64,000 bases of DNA from a bacterium (GCA_965209155.1 OZ242383.1:2016001-2080000), one strand, 5' to 3'; shown: positions 9,534 through 19,874, counted from the stretch's first letter. Numbers and translations are program-made. Notes: generated by a model from the sequence alone, not told the origin.

Positions 9534-10962
9534 GTGAAGACATACCGAATGTTCTGGCTCAATCAAATTCTTTCCATAGACCCGGACACAATGACGGGAA
9601 GATTACTGCCTCTCCTGATTGACAAGGTGTTGATTGCTTTATTCGTAGGTATTGCTTTCATCATCTACGATAGGTATCGCACTAGCGACAGTCAGCGATT
9701 TGAACGCGAACTTGTAGACTTTACCAATAATCTGGAAACTGAGAGAAGAAATTTAGATCTACAATACCAAAGGCAAATCGCCAACATACTAAAGAGAGTT
9801 CGAAAAAGCGCGCCTTTCGAAGGAGCTACTGCCGCACATTCTCGATAAAAATGTTGATGTCGTTGCAAGAAGCTACCTGTTGTCGTCTGCCCTGTCGACA
9901 AAACTGATCGACGGACACGCCGCGCTGGAGGTTGCAGCAACCCTTATCGCGCATGGAGCCGAGGAGAGCCATGTCAAGAGAATTGCACAGTTGGTGTTAC
10001 CTGATGGCTTGGAGGCGATTGCTTCACATGCGGCTCGTCTCCAAGAGCAGGCCAACAAGTTCGGTATTGGAGACCTATCGCTTCAAGTTACGTCAACAGT
10101 AGGTGTTCTGGGAGAAAGGAGTTATACGCCCGCAGCGACACTGTCCAAGGAGTTACAGGACGTTCAGCGAGAAAGGCTTCTGTGGGCTTCGGTGCTAAAG
10201 GATACATTACCGCATGTTGCAAGTAAGGATGAAGAGCGTGTTGTTACCCGTGACTTTGTAGCAAGGCACATAAACCTGATTTACTTTTTGGTTGGAAGTA
10301 ACCCGGATTTATTTCAGAGCTCCAGCAGATTGTTAAAGCTTGTGGGCGCATTGAACTGTGTCGTTGGCGATTGGGGTCAAAAAGTAGAGGCGATCGACTA
10401 TCTGGAGTTGCAATTTCAATCTTTGGACCTGTCGTCAAGATCTGACATCAGATACGCTTTGGCGTTGGTTAACGTGATGCGGGAATATGGGCAAGGATCT
10501 GATGCACAATTTCGACGGATCGCACCCGGCATTTCTCGTCAGTTGGCGAAATTGCTGGTTGATAACAGCTTTTTCCATCGTGTGTCATGGATAGAACAGG
10601 ATGCGTCGTCCGAACAACGTGAGCGATGGTTTGAGGAAGAAGTAGCAGCGGGAACACACTCTTCTATGCAGCTTGCGGCGGGCGAAGTATTGTTGTTATT
10701 GGGAAAGCGTGTCGAGAATGCGGAAGGAATTCTTGTTTCATTTATTGATGAGTTTATCAATAAACTGGAGGAGTTGGAGACAGACGAGGAGATTACGTTG
10801 TTGTCTTCGAGGTATGGTTCATATTCGATTCGTGCGGCAGTTAAATCACTTCTGGCTCTGAATTCAATCACCGCAAATTCAACAATACAAAAGTTGAAAC
10901 AAGTTGACCGCAGAAAACTGGGAGCCTTTGAAGGCGTTTTCATGGAATTGTCGCAGCAATAG
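9534..10962 (+). pseudogene. Frameshifted hypothetical membrane-anchored protein (ORFs 9534-9848 and 9880-10962)
   Basis: The downstream frame is open from 9793 (REFEKARLSKELLPH...), so one shift at the agagag run near 9795 joins both ORFs. Confidence 0.6.
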
Positions 10963-11099
10963 ATGCGCACTCTTACAATAAAGCGGCAAGCGGCTTGGCA
11001 ACGCACCGGCCTGACGCCGCTTGCGCTCATTGTCCTCGGCAATCAGACCGGTGGCCATGTCCTCAACCTTGCGTTAGTGCTTGGGTCGAACTCCGGCAA

Positions 11100-11822
11100 C
11101 ACTTCGTCAAATTCTATCAATCCTTCCATATTTCTACCGATATCATTGCCAATATATTCCGAGCAAGACTCCTGGCGGTCTTACTCAAGCAAGAATTTAT
11201 CACACAAGAACTCATCGACCTGCTGATGTCCTGGAATTATAACGCCGGCTTTCAGGTCCATAGTGATCAAAATATCAACGGAGCTAATGGTGATCGTATT
11301 GAAAAAATTGCCAGATATATGAGCCGGGCAGCCATCTCGGTCGAAAGAGTCGAGTCCAATCCCGAAGAGAACACGGTAACGGTTTATGAGAAACAAAAGA
11401 TAACTTCTTCCTCCAAAAATGCCCATTACGATAAATTGGAGTTTATGGCCCTGTTGGCAGGGCATATCCCTTCACCCTACGAAACAATCACTTTTTTTTA
11501 TGGGATTTATAGCAACTCCTATCGAGGCAAGGAAAGAAAAGAAAAAAGAGGAGAGAGCCCAATGCAGATGGAAAAGATCAAAGGAAAAGCGAAAGCTTGC
11601 GCAAGTTGGGCACGGCTGATCCATAAAATCTTCGAAGTCAATCCCCTTTTATGCCCAAATTGCGGCAAAGAAATGAAGATCATCGCTTTTATTACCAATC
11701 ATCAGGAAATCAAAAAAATATTGAAACATATCGGAGAAGAAACCCAAAAAGCGCCGCCACTGCCATCTATCACCCCCTATGAGACGGATGACTACTATGC
11801 CGACTACATCCCCCCCGAATGA
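11100..11822 (+). mobile_element. IS91/ISCR-family (Y2) transposase, C-terminal fragment
   Basis: GFQVH, IARYMSR, FYGIYSN..RGK, WARLIHKIFEVNPLLCPNCGKEMKII; N-terminal Zn-binding/HUH part absent. Confidence 0.85.
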
Positions 11823-11990
11823 AGTCTATTTTGCTGATGAAGAATGGGTATCTTGAAAATTCTCCAGAAAAACCCAGGGATCGCTTTGCCCAAAATTCGG
11901 CATTTCAAACCAGCATAAAAGAAAAGCGATAAAAAATGAACATGTCACACACCCTCCCAAGAAACCTTCCAAAAAAGCAAAAATATCCCT

Positions 11991-12060
11991 CCTAATTTTA
12001 TCTTTACACACATATTTCCAAATGCTATCGTCTTGTGTAATTTTTGATCTTCCTACTATG
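11991..12060 (+). repeat. Copy 2 of the putative oriIS-like end
   Basis: Ends TTTGATCTTCCTACT, resembling ISCR oriIS ends; about 170 bp after the transposase stop. Confidence 0.7.
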
Positions 12061-12089
12061 ATATTGCGCTTGAGCGTCCACACCATAGT

Positions 12090-12298
12090 TAGTGCTTGGC
12101 CGAAAATTAGTTAACTACATGATATTTAATGGTATTCACCTATTTTCAAGAAACGAAGATTTTGGGGAAACTCATCAAAAATCCCATTTTTTGTTGATTT
12201 TGACCATCTGAACACGGTATCGAACAAATCTTCATCCTGTGAAATTGAAGAAATGTCATTTAATATCAGCAATTTGGGTGTTTTTCGGCCAAGCACTA
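12090..12298. mobile_element. MITE with 17-bp perfect inverted termini
   Basis: TAGTGCTTGGCCGAAAA (12090-12106) and TTTTCGGCCAAGCACTA (12282-12298); tagtta direct repeat at both junctions; AT-rich non-coding interior. Confidence 0.85.
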
Positions 12299-12315
12299 GT
12301 TAGAAGGAATAACAG

Positions 12316-12897
12316 ATGAATGAGCCCCAATCCCTACCAACGTCAGAATCTCCTGAGTTTGTTCCGTGTATCGATTGTCACGAACTAATTCCCGTCGGAG
12401 CAAAGAAATGTAAGCATTGTCACAGTTTTCAAGGCTGGTCCAGACGGTTACTGGGCTTAGCAAACATGACCTTACCACTTCTAGTAGCGCTTGTTTCGGT
12501 GATTGCCAGCCTTCAAGCGGTAAGAACCGTAACACCCCAAGAAGCGCTTAGAGTTACCGCCCATGTTTCGAACGCTGGTATACAGGGAGGTATTGAGACC
12601 TATGTGGTCAATGCAGGAACGGCGAGCGGAACACTAAAGCGGGACGCTATTGTGATTGTCACTGACGCAGAGAAGAAGGTGATTCACAAGATTAACCACT
12701 TTTTTAATCCCGCATCTGGCAACAGTCTAGGAGCGTTGACGTTGGATCCACATGACGAACGAACGTTCTATTTGTCTTCTTCTCATGCAAATCAGGGGTA
12801 CCCCGAATTACAGGACGATTATGTATGCACTTTGCATTATCTGGTGCAAAGTGCCGCCGGGAATAGGGACGCCACTGTTTCGTTCAATTGCTGGTAA
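12316..12897 (+). CDS. Hypothetical protein: N-terminal zinc ribbon, TM helix, extracytoplasmic domain
   Basis: CIDC..CKHC, hydrophobic segment, AAGGA RBS. Confidence 0.75.
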   Translation: MNEPQSLPTSESPEFVPCIDCHELIPVGAKKCKHCHSFQGWSRRLLGLANMTLPLLVALVSVIASLQAVRTVTPQEALRVTAHVSNAGIQGGIETYVVNAGTASGTLKRDAIVIVTDAEKKVIHKINHFFNPASGNSLGALTLDPHDERTFYLSSSHANQGYPELQDDYVCTLHYLVQSAAGNRDATVSFNCW

Positions 12898-12994
12898 GGG
12901 CCGAAGAAAACTCGACCCTTGAAGTCTACCGCACAACGCGCGCACTCAAATTCGCACGGTGTACGACGATTCGCTACGGGTCGAGGAAATGAGA

Positions 12995-13179
12995 TCCAAA
13001 AAAAGAAAACTTTCTCCTCCAAAAAGGCCCATTACGATATATTGGAGTTTATGGCCCTATTGGCAGGGCATATCCCTTCACCCTACGAAACAATCACTTT
13101 TTATTATGGTGATTTATAGCAGTTCCTAGATCAAAGGAAAAGCGAAAGCCAGCGCAAGTTTGGCACGATTGATCCATAA
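12995..13179 (+). mobile_element. Second, internally deleted IS91-family transposase remnant
   Basis: Nucleotide near-copy of about 11392-11625 (AHYDILEFMALLAGHIPSPYETITF...WARLIH). Confidence 0.85.
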
Positions 13180-14016
13180 GAGACTGTTTGGATAAAAAAT
13201 TGCATGTTTACTAAATTTCCATTTTTTTAAAAGGAGTTTGATGTATCCAAGCAATTTAAGCGATCAAGATTGGTCTGAGATTGAACATTTTTTTAGACGT
13301 TTTGACCCCCGAGGGGCCAAGAGTATTTATAGCAAACATACCATCGTCAATGCGGTTTTATATGTAGTGAAATCGGGTTGTCAGTGGAGAATGCTTCCCC
13401 ATGATTTTCCTCCCTGGCAAGCCGTTTATGATCATTATCGCCGCTGGAATCAAAGAGGGATTTGGCAAAAGGTTTTGGATTACCTCAATGCCTGCACTCG
13501 TGTGAAACAGGGCAAGAAGCCTTTTCCCAGTTACGCCATCGTCGATTCTCAAAGTGTGAAAACCCAATATGCTTCCAAAGAGCGGGGCATCGATGGGGGG
13601 AAAAAATCAAAGGACATAAACGCCATATCAGTGTGGATACTTTGGGCAACCATTTATATGTGAAAGTCCATGCAGCGAACCAATCTGACACCAAGGAAGG
13701 GTGCGCTGTTTTTGAGCAAACCACTCGCAAATATCCAAGCTTGAAAGCTTTTTCCGCGGACCAAGGATATTGTGGCACCTCGCTGGAATTTGTGGAAAAG
13801 GTATTGGGACTGAAACTCGGCATCGCTAAAGGAATCAAGGGCCAGTGGGTCCTCTTGAAAAAACGGTGGGTTGTAGAGCGCACATTCGCTTGGTTCGGTG
13901 GATTCAGGAGACTATCCAAAGATTTTGAAATCCTCACAAACACTGCTGAAAATATGATTCGTATTGCCATGATCAAAGTGACCTTAGCAAAGTGTCTTAT
14001 TTAACCAAACGGTTTC
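13180..14016 (+). mobile_element. IS5-family insertion sequence, two-ORF transposase (13238-13663 and up to 14004)
   Basis: YPSNLSD..W, WRMLPHDFPPW, DSQSVK, RWVVERTFAW; slippery GGGGGGAAAAAA near 13595-13606; imperfect TIRs gagactgtttggataaa / tttaaccaaacggtttc. Confidence 0.92.
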
Positions 14017-14369
14017 TTACTCATGATCCGCTATCCTTGAAAATGGGCGGTGTTGAGATGGCAATCGATTTGGGGGCTGAAAAACTTCTTGCCGCTGAGC
14101 GCGATGAAGAAAAAATAGCGGTTGAGATCAAAAGTTTTGTGCAACCTTCGGCGATCTCAGAGTATCATATGGCAATCGGACAATATATGAATTACCGGCA
14201 AGCCCTTCACAACAAAGAACCAGAACGGATTTTGTACTTGGCGGTTCCTACGGAAACATACCACTCTTTTTTTGCTCTCCCCTTTATTCAGGAATCTATG
14301 GTAAATTATCAACTTAAACTGATTATTTATGATGCTGAGAAGGAGATCATTGAAAAATGGATAAAATAA
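14017..14369 (+). pseudogene. xisH: XisH-family protein, 5'-truncated by IS5
   Basis: THDPL..GGVEMAIDLGAEKLLAAER..KIAVEIKSF; the usual ~20-aa N-terminus is replaced by the IS end. Confidence 0.85.
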
Positions 14370-14689
14370 AACGTTATCGAACTTATATTAAAGAAGTCAT
14401 TAAACGGCATAGCTCTCCGTCCGCTTATGGAGAGATCGAAATCCAAAACATTTTTGACACCGAGCATGATCACTATCAACTCGTCTATACCGGCTGGGAC
14501 AAAAAGCAAAGGCAGTACGGATGTCTCATTCATCTAGATATTAAGGAAGGTAAAATATGGGTTCAACAGGATGGAACAGAAAGCGGAATCGCTAATGAGT
14601 TATCTGAGTTAGGGGTTCCTAAAACAGAGATCGTTCTGGCCTATCATCCTCCTTATAAAAGAGAATACACGGAATTTGCGGTCGCCTAG
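14357..14689 (+). CDS. xisI: XisI-family protein
   Basis: FDTEHDHYQL..GW, IHLDIKEGKIWVQQDGTE, IVLAYHPP. Confidence 0.92.
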   Translation: MDKIKRYRTYIKEVIKRHSSPSAYGEIEIQNIFDTEHDHYQLVYTGWDKKQRQYGCLIHLDIKEGKIWVQQDGTESGIANELSELGVPKTEIVLAYHPPYKREYTEFAVA

Positions 14690-14770
14690 TGGAGACGCCA
14701 AATGAATTTGTTCGTTTAATGACTTTTGTCAATCAGCGAGAGAAGAGGTATACGAGTCCGGTTGCTTGGA

Positions 14771-14863
14771 TTACAGCAATTTATACAGGAACCCGCCGTC
14801 CACCTCCATCGTTTCGCCGGTAATGTGGCGGGCGTCCTCGGAACAGAGGAAGAGGATCATATT
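14771..14863 (-). pseudogene. SDR oxidoreductase C-terminal remnant
   Basis: Minus strand translates NMILFLCSEDARHITGETMEVDGGFLYKLL*. Confidence 0.7.
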
Positions 14864-15002
14864 GATTGGTGTTCGCTAACGACGGGGCTGCTCATGGCGA
14901 TGGGACGCCCCACGTAGTTGGAGTGTGAAGACTAATGCCCCATTTCTTTCTTCAGCGCTTGGTCGATCCAGTGGCGCGAGAAGATGGTAAAATTTTTTCG
15001 GT

Positions 15003-15205
15003 GTCACTCATTAGAGTGAATTTCCAAGAAAAAAATACTTTTCCGTCCACAAATCAGGGTAACCCATTTGCGTGTAGTCTTCAGCACTTGGCATTACAAT
15101 TTTTTATAAACGCACCATTTATTTCAAGAGTTGGAGTCATTTCTTCAAAATGGATCAAAGCAAATGCTCCAGTCACTCCTCGTAATCCCTCACAGATTCT
15201 CCTCC
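15003..15205. repeat. About 200-bp direct repeat, copy 1
   Basis: Aligns along its length with 15781-15984. Confidence 0.9.
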
Positions 15206-15386
15206 TATTTCGATGTCAGGCTCGAGAGTTTGGAAGAACAGTTTTGGAGAGGGATGATGGATGATAGTGGATGAACAGGGTTCATCCATTGAGGTAACGA
15301 GTCAATCCCGCAACCGCCAGGATTGCTTGGAAATCATTCAAATTCAAATCTTTGCTTAAAATTCCAAACTTGACCCACTTTCCTCT

Positions 15387-15647
15387 TTAAACTCCACCTG
15401 GAAAGTACTTGATGAATGCGGAAGCTGCGATCAATCCTAAAAGAATCGTTCCAATCAACCATCGATTATTGGCTAAATTGTGGTGAATAAGCTTCTCGAG
15501 ATTATCTATTCTTATATTGACTGCATCAAACTTCACATCCACGGTATCAAACTTGGCATTCACCACTTTTTCAAATGCTTCCAAGTCACGTTTTGATGCG
15601 AATACCTCTAAATCTCGTTTCGTAATCATTTTGGATGCAGTCTCCAT
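15387..15647 (-). CDS. Small coiled-coil protein with C-terminal TM helix (DUF1640/XhlA/Bdr-like)
   Basis: TKRDLE x2, KFD repeats, C-terminal WLIGTILLGLIAA. Confidence 0.7.
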   Translation of the reverse strand: METASKMITKRDLEVFASKRDLEAFEKVVNAKFDTVDVKFDAVNIRIDNLEKLIHHNLANNRWLIGTILLGLIAASAFIKYFPGGV

Positions 15648-15780
15648 ACTTCTTCTCTCTGAAGGTGGGGGGCCCGTTCGCCCTGGCTAGAGACGAACGG
15701 TATCTCTTGAATGGATGAGAAAAGATTATTTATGCTAACACGATTTATTCAATTGTCGAGATTTATATTTCCGTTTCGGG

Positions 15781-15984
15781 GTCACTCATTAGAGGAATTT
15801 CCAAGATAAAAAACAGTTTTCCGTCCACAAATCAGGGTGAGTAATTTGCGTGTAGTCCTCAGGATTGAACGCTACAACCTTTTATAAACGCACCATTTAT
15901 TCAAGAGTTGGAGTCATTTCTTCAAAATGGATCAAATCAAACGCTCCAGTCACTCCTCGTAAACCCTCACAGATTCTACTCCTC
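15781..15984. repeat. About 200-bp direct repeat, copy 2
   Basis: Aligns with 15003-15205. Confidence 0.9.
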
Positions 15985-16149
15985 CCATAAATTTTCATGC
16001 CACTAATTGTTTTCACGTCAATGCATGTGAGTATCGTCCTTGCACAGTAAATGCAGGATAACCTACTCCTCCGGAACACTACCGCGTGAGTAGGTTGACG
16101 GATGATTTTGTGAAACCCGTTTATTGGCAATGGGAGAATGCTAACCCGA

Positions 16150-16240
16150 TCTCACTGTCCGTTTTTGTTCTTTGGCAATTAAATTACATTCATCCTTTCA
16201 TCGATGGAAATTGAAGAGCAACAGGTGCTTGTTGTCATCC
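16150..16240 (+). pseudogene. Fic-domain remnant
   Basis: VLWQLNYIHPFIDGN*RAT: the Fic motif HPFxDGNGR with the Gly codon read as TGA. Confidence 0.7.
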
Positions 16241-16364
16241 GCCTTTGTATTTCTTTTCATTAAATGCCATCGAGCAAGAACAGACAACAGCATTGCTTTA
16301 AGACGTTGACTTCGCTACAATAATTTTTCCTATTCCAACCAGCATTCTTTATTATTTGCAAACG

Positions 16365-16658
16365 ATGTTTGAGATTCTATTGACAGAAAGTGCCAAGGAC
16401 GATTTACGGATCTTTAATAAATCGGATCAAATCTTGATACTCGACACCATTGAAAGGCAACTTCAGCATGAACCAACATTGGAAACAAAAAACAGAAAAT
16501 CTTTACGACGAAACGAATTATCAAAATGGGAATTACGAATTCGAGAGTACAGAGTATTCTATGATGTGGATTCAGAAACGCAATCCCTGAAGATCAAAGC
16601 TATTGGCCATAAAGAACACAATCTACTTTTTATTCGTCAACAGGAGTATAAGCTGTGA
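16365..16658 (+). CDS. RelE/ParE-family toxin
   Basis: ILLTESAKDDL, WELRIREYRVFYDVD, IKAIGHK. Confidence 0.85.
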   Translation: MFEILLTESAKDDLRIFNKSDQILILDTIERQLQHEPTLETKNRKSLRRNELSKWELRIREYRVFYDVDSETQSLKIKAIGHKEHNLLFIRQQEYKL

Positions 16659-16912
16659 AAACGATCAAAGTCACTGAAAATTCGCTCAACCTGGAAGCGA
16701 TATTAAATCTTGCGAGTGAAGAAAATATTCTTTTGGAAACACTGGAAGGCAGAGAGTTTGTTCTTGCAGAAATTGATAACTTTGACAGAGAGGTCGAATT
16801 AATCCGGCAAAACCAAGAATTAATGAATTTTCTCGATGAGCGATCAAGAGAACAAAAGACGCTCACGCTCAATCAAGTGAAGCAACAACTTGGTTTGGAG
16901 AACAGCAACTGA
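16655..16912 (+). CDS. Putative cognate antitoxin
   Basis: Small acidic protein with GTGA overlap to the toxin; ends TLTLNQVKQQLGL. Confidence 0.75.
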   Translation: MKTIKVTENSLNLEAILNLASEENILLETLEGREFVLAEIDNFDREVELIRQNQELMNFLDERSREQKTLTLNQVKQQLGLENSN

Positions 16913-17006
16913 CCTGGTCCTACCCGATTCAAATCGCGCATCCCTCCACTGAATTAAATCATTCACCGTTTTTTTTTCCTCACTTGCGAGTCGGGCTGAT
17001 ACGTAT

Positions 17007-17023
17007 TGTTACAAAGTGTTACA
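17007..17023. promoter_or_regulatory. Candidate OmpR/CpxR-family operator
   Basis: TGTTACA-aag-TGTTACA, a direct repeat with 10-bp period, upstream of the cpxP-like gene. Confidence 0.5.
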
Positions 17024-17170
17024 GCTCCGAAAAGCATTTGCGCTGAAATAGCCGTATCTTGAAATATCGGAAGCGGCATCCCGTCAGTCTCTTGGGGCGA
17101 GTGTCTCATACACTGGCAGGTTGTCTGCCGGAAAATCAAAGTTGATAACAATCTGAAACAGGGAGATAAC

Positions 17171-17620
17171 ATGAAAAAGAAATCAATCTATGGAATTTTT
17201 ATTCTTTCCTTCTTAGCAATTCCGGTCCTGCTCGCAGGATGCCGCAGTCATAGCATTGAAGAGCGGGCTGTCCACCTCACCCGGCATGTTGCCGGTGAAT
17301 TGGAGATGACTGATGCGCAAAGCGCACGATTGCAAGGCAGCATCACGAAACTACTTGAAAAAGAAAAGGATCTTCGAGATATCAGAGACAGCGTGACCGG
17401 GGAGTTGGTGGCCCAACTGCGTGCGGACCAAGTCGATTCAGAGCACCTGAACGAGGTCATCATGCAAAATAAAGCGAAAATGGAGTCGATGCTGGCACTT
17501 TTAGTGGATGAATTCACTGAATTGCACAAGGATCTTACCCCGGAGCAACGCGCGGAAGTGGCTTCGAGGATAGAAAAAATCCAGGAACGGTTTTTCGAAC
17601 GCCATCGATGGTGGGGTTGA
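17171..17620 (+). CDS. Spy/CpxP-like periplasmic lipoprotein
   Basis: Lipobox LAGC; MTDAQ and LTPEQR (LTxxQ) motifs. Confidence 0.8.
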   Translation: MKKKSIYGIFILSFLAIPVLLAGCRSHSIEERAVHLTRHVAGELEMTDAQSARLQGSITKLLEKEKDLRDIRDSVTGELVAQLRADQVDSEHLNEVIMQNKAKMESMLALLVDEFTELHKDLTPEQRAEVASRIEKIQERFFERHRWWG

Positions 17621-17863
17621 GGTATCCTCAACTTGCGAGCTCCAGACGAATCAACGGCCCTTCGTGACGTCCAATCCTGACGCTTTTCGGGATTCCGCTC
17701 CTCTGAAGTCGTTGATTCGACCGGATGAAGCGAACTTTGCATCGTATTCACATGATACCTGAAAATGTGAAATCGGATTTTGGCGTCATATCGGGTCGCA
17801 AGCCGTTCAAAACCCGTCGTTTCCGTGTGAACACAGGAACGATTTGAAATAAGAGGCAAGACC

Positions 17864-18562
17864 ATGAAACCGGTGGTTCTCATTATCGATGACGACGAGA
17901 AACTGAATCATTTGCTACGGAATTACCTGAAAGATTTCGGCTTTGATATCATTACCAGCACTCGTCCCCGGGAAGGGTTGAAACAATTGGAAAAGCATGA
18001 ACCGGATTTGGTCATTCTCGACGTCATGCTTCCGGAAATGGATGGATTTGAAACTTGCAAAGCCATTCGCAAGTCCCATACGGTCCCCATCATCATGTTG
18101 ACGGCGCGAGGCGAGGTGATGGACCGAGTCGTTGGATTGGAAATCGGGGCGGATGATTATTTACCCAAACCCTTCGAACCGCGGGAATTGGTGGCTCGTA
18201 TTCAAACCGTGTTGAGGAGACTGCACCGCGTACGCCATGATGAAATTTTACAGTTTGGGGAACTGCTGATAAACGTACCCAAACGCAGTGCGCAATTGAG
18301 AGGTGAACCGTTACACCTCACCACGACCGAATTCACCGCTTTGACTTACCTGGCGCGAAATCCAGGTAGAGTGCTCGACCGTGATCAAATTCTGGATGAA
18401 TTGAAAGGGATCGAAGCCGATTATTTCAACCGCACCGTGGATATCGTCATGAGCCGCTTGCGCCAGAAACTGCGCGATGATCCCAAACATCCCACCTTCA
18501 TCAAAACAATTTGGGGCGCCGGATATGTCTTCATTGGAATCCCGTCGCATGAAAAGCATTAG
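17864..18562 (+). CDS. OmpR-family response regulator
   Basis: Receiver motifs DDD and LDVMLP, GADDYLPKPF, winged-helix end IKTIWGAGY. Confidence 0.95.
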   Translation: MKPVVLIIDDDEKLNHLLRNYLKDFGFDIITSTRPREGLKQLEKHEPDLVILDVMLPEMDGFETCKAIRKSHTVPIIMLTARGEVMDRVVGLEIGADDYLPKPFEPRELVARIQTVLRRLHRVRHDEILQFGELLINVPKRSAQLRGEPLHLTTTEFTALTYLARNPGRVLDRDQILDELKGIEADYFNRTVDIVMSRLRQKLRDDPKHPTFIKTIWGAGYVFIGIPSHEKH

Positions 18563-19868
18563 AGGAATTCGCAGAATTTTCAGCTCCATTTTTACCAAAC
18601 TCCTGCTCATCCTGGTTGTTGCCGGGATCTGCATCACCCTGGTCATATCGCATTCTTTCCAAGGCGGAACCTTACAATACCGGGAAGCTGTTCAAGAAAA
18701 CGTCGCCCAATACCTCAATTATCTCGTGCAGGATCTCGGCGTTCCTCCCGATTTGGAGAAGGCTGAGAAAATTGCGCAGCAATATTCCCTCAAAATCCGT
18801 TACGAAAGTTCCAACATCACCTGGTCGACTTCAGAATCGCTTCCCCCTGTCGATCAAGTCCATTTGAGGCGCTGGCGTGAGTTTCCTGAATTGCATTTTG
18901 CCCACTACGAGGGAATCCATCTCATTGCGCTGCAACAGGGAGAGGGCATTTTCCTGTTCACTGTGGACCTGGGACATAAAAACGACGGCATTCGGAAAAA
19001 ATGGATCCTGGTCTCCCTGATTTTTCTGGTATTGATTCTCCTCGGGGCTTATTTCGCCATTCGCTGGATCCTCAAACCCGTTCGATGGCTCAAGGAAGGA
19101 GTCCGACAAGTGGGAGAAGGTAATCTCCGCCACCGGGTTCCGGAGAAAGGATCCGCCGAGTTGCGAGGCTTGTCAAGCACCTTCAATACCATGGCAAGGC
19201 GCATTGACCACATGCTGAGAAGCAAGGAACAATTATTACTCGACGTCAGTCACGAGTTCCGTTCACCCTTGACCCGCATCAAAGTGGCGCTCGAGTTTTT
19301 CCCCGATAGTACCGTCAAAAACGACGTGAGAGACGATGTCGATGAACTGGAAAAAATGGTCTCTGAAATTCTGGAAACTGCACGTTTGGACAGCGAATAT
19401 GGCCACTTGAACCGGAAACAGGTGAAAATGGATCAACTCCTTCAACAAACGCTGCAGGGCTTCAATCACCAACGCGCCCATTTCCATCTCCATCCCATGC
19501 CGCCGGTGCCATCTTTGTCACTGGATGTCGAGAGGATTAGCATTGTCCTGAGAAATATCCTCAACAATGCGCTTAAATACTCGAACAGCAGCTCAAAACC
19601 CGTAGAGGTGAGCTTGCAGCAGGACGATTCTCGGGTAGTGGTCCATATCAAGAACTTCGGCGCAGTGATTCCCCAAGAAGAATTGCCTCATATTTTTGAA
19701 CCTTTCTATCGAGTCGACAAATCCCGTTCCAAAGCAACCGGAGGTTATGGCTTGGGATTGCATCTCTGTCAAAAAATCATGGAAGCTCATGGAGGCCGTA
19801 TTGAAGTTTCCAGTTCGCTTTCGGATGGAACCACCTTTTCCTTATTTTTTCAGCATCCGGAAAAATAA
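18549..19868 (+). CDS. HAMP-domain sensor histidine kinase
   Basis: Two TM helices, HAMP, SHEFRSPL H-box, NALKY, GGYGLGL. Confidence 0.95.
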   Translation: MKSIRGIRRIFSSIFTKLLLILVVAGICITLVISHSFQGGTLQYREAVQENVAQYLNYLVQDLGVPPDLEKAEKIAQQYSLKIRYESSNITWSTSESLPPVDQVHLRRWREFPELHFAHYEGIHLIALQQGEGIFLFTVDLGHKNDGIRKKWILVSLIFLVLILLGAYFAIRWILKPVRWLKEGVRQVGEGNLRHRVPEKGSAELRGLSSTFNTMARRIDHMLRSKEQLLLDVSHEFRSPLTRIKVALEFFPDSTVKNDVRDDVDELEKMVSEILETARLDSEYGHLNRKQVKMDQLLQQTLQGFNHQRAHFHLHPMPPVPSLSLDVERISIVLRNILNNALKYSNSSSKPVEVSLQQDDSRVVVHIKNFGAVIPQEELPHIFEPFYRVDKSRSKATGGYGLGLHLCQKIMEAHGGRIEVSSSLSDGTTFSLFFQHPEK

Positions 19869-19874
19869 AGGAAA

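Noticed and set aside
9496..12990. Bona fide integron
   Set aside because: No integrase and no complete RYYYAAC...GTTRRRY attC could be delimited; kept only as a weak note.
14017..14689. fdxN-type excision element
   Set aside because: No XisF-like recombinase or interrupted target gene; xisH/xisI pairs often occur alone.
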